Below the pieces are notes generated by a model. It was not told the origin of the DNA, searched no databases, and worked only from the letters and a program-made list of their open reading frames with translations. Source: Lama guanicoe (Eukaryota). From it: a stretch of DNA of 64,000 nt. The position numbers and the translations under genes are program-made. Positions 63,080 through 64,000 of the stretch are shown here, piece after piece (positions within the stretch are counted from its first letter, which is position 1; each line of letters begins with the position of its first letter). The stretch spans positions 3,185,371-3,249,370 of the forward strand of contig MU054338.1 of the NCBI GenBank assembly GCA_013239625.1, written 5' to 3'.

Positions 63080-63305
63080 TACTTGAACAACTTGGGGATT
63101 AGAGGCACCAACGCCCTACACAGTCAAGAATCTGAGTGTAACTTAGAGTCAGCCCTCCATGTCTGAGGGTCCCTGTATCTGTGTGTCCCCGTCCGAGGAT
63201 GCAGCCAACTGGGGATTGTGTGGTCCTTGAGTATTTCCTAATGAAAAAAATCAGCCTATAGGTGGACTCATGCAGCTCAACTTCATGTTGTTCCAGGGAC
63301 AAGCG
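63080..63305. mobile_element. TcMar-Tigger MITE (MER2/MER8-type)
   Basis: cttgaacaac at left and gttgttccaggg at right form inverted ends. Confidence 0.6.
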
Positions 63306-64000
63306 TATTCAGAGCCCTCCCATTGAAGGTGGTGACTGGTGTGTTAGGACGTGAGCCTGCCTCCTTGTGATCTGCTTTCTGTTCGTTTCCTCTCTTCCTT
63401 CTTCCTTTTCCTCTTTCTGTCCTCCTTGTGGGTTGTGTAGACGTTTTTTAGGATTCTGTCTTGATTTATTCAGTCTTTTGGGGTGTGCTGCTGTCTAGTT
63501 TTCTTAGCGGTTTCTCTGGATTTTATCATGGAGACCTACTACAGACCGCTGTCTCTTTTACCACTTAGACTGATGTGCGGGCCTCTCCCTGCCATTTACA
63601 TCCCTTTACACTCTCTTACTGTCTTCAGTATCAGATGATGTCGTGATTTTTATTTCAGTCACTGTATATGATTTAGAAAACGCTTAAGGAGCATAATCTA
63701 TTGTATGTACCCATATTTCTGCTCGCTTTGTTTTTCTTCCTTTTGCTCCCAAGATTCCTTCCTTTATAATTTCCTATCTCTTTGAAGAACTCCCTTCCTT
63801 ATTCTTTAAAGGTGTGTCTGCTAGCAAAGAATTCTTTTAATTTTCCTTTAACTGAGACTGCGACCATCTCTCCCACCTCCCTACCCCATCTGTTGAAGTA
63901 ACTCCCAAGCGTGGAATTGTTGTATCTGTTAATATTTTAGACTGTATTTCTTATTTTTAAAATGACTCTTTTAAAAGAAACATAGTTTGCCCTTATTACA

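Larger units (their letters stand above)
61830..63860 (-). mobile_element. Old L1 fragments (ORF2 endonuclease end and adjacent region), interrupted by SINE and MITE
   Basis: Minus-strand peptides IIQSMFFDHNEVKLEIN and QNMWKAVKVVLRGKFTAL...KKEERSQI match L1 ORF2p. Confidence 0.8.

Noticed and set aside
1..64000. CRISPR arrays, operons, rRNA or intact autonomous transposons
   Set aside because: No regularly spaced direct repeats, rRNA-like sequence or long intact RT/transposase ORF seen

Overview
Mammalian genomic DNA, repeat-rich and GC-rich. It is probably camelid, judging from the short tRNA-derived SINE and L1 3' ends. The gene order is PLIN3 (-) / ARRDC5 (-) / UHRF1 (+), as I recall it on human 19p13.3. 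PLIN3 is present from its promoter (~20.4 kb) through exon 7, and its last exon lies left of the window. ARRDC5 is complete: 3 coding exons, 987 nt, 328 aa. UHRF1 is present from its CpG-island promoter through the fourth coding exon (UBL, linker and most of the tandem Tudor domain). The rest is mostly L1, L2, MIR, MLT1, hAT/TcMar MITEs and SINEs. The most striking anomaly is in PLIN3: the 3' end and splice donor of exon 3 are missing. The leftover intron reads through in frame into exon 4, predicting a 35-aa Cys/Pro-rich insert in the PAT domain; this could be a real allele or an assembly error. Other leads are shared derived substitutions among local MER20 and L2 copies, lineage-specific UHRF1 substitutions, an ARRDC5 poly(A) signal overlapping the stop codon, and several CTCF, CRE and E2F motifs. 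No prokaryote-type system is present. Orthologue comparisons and repeat family names are from memory, not from a database search.
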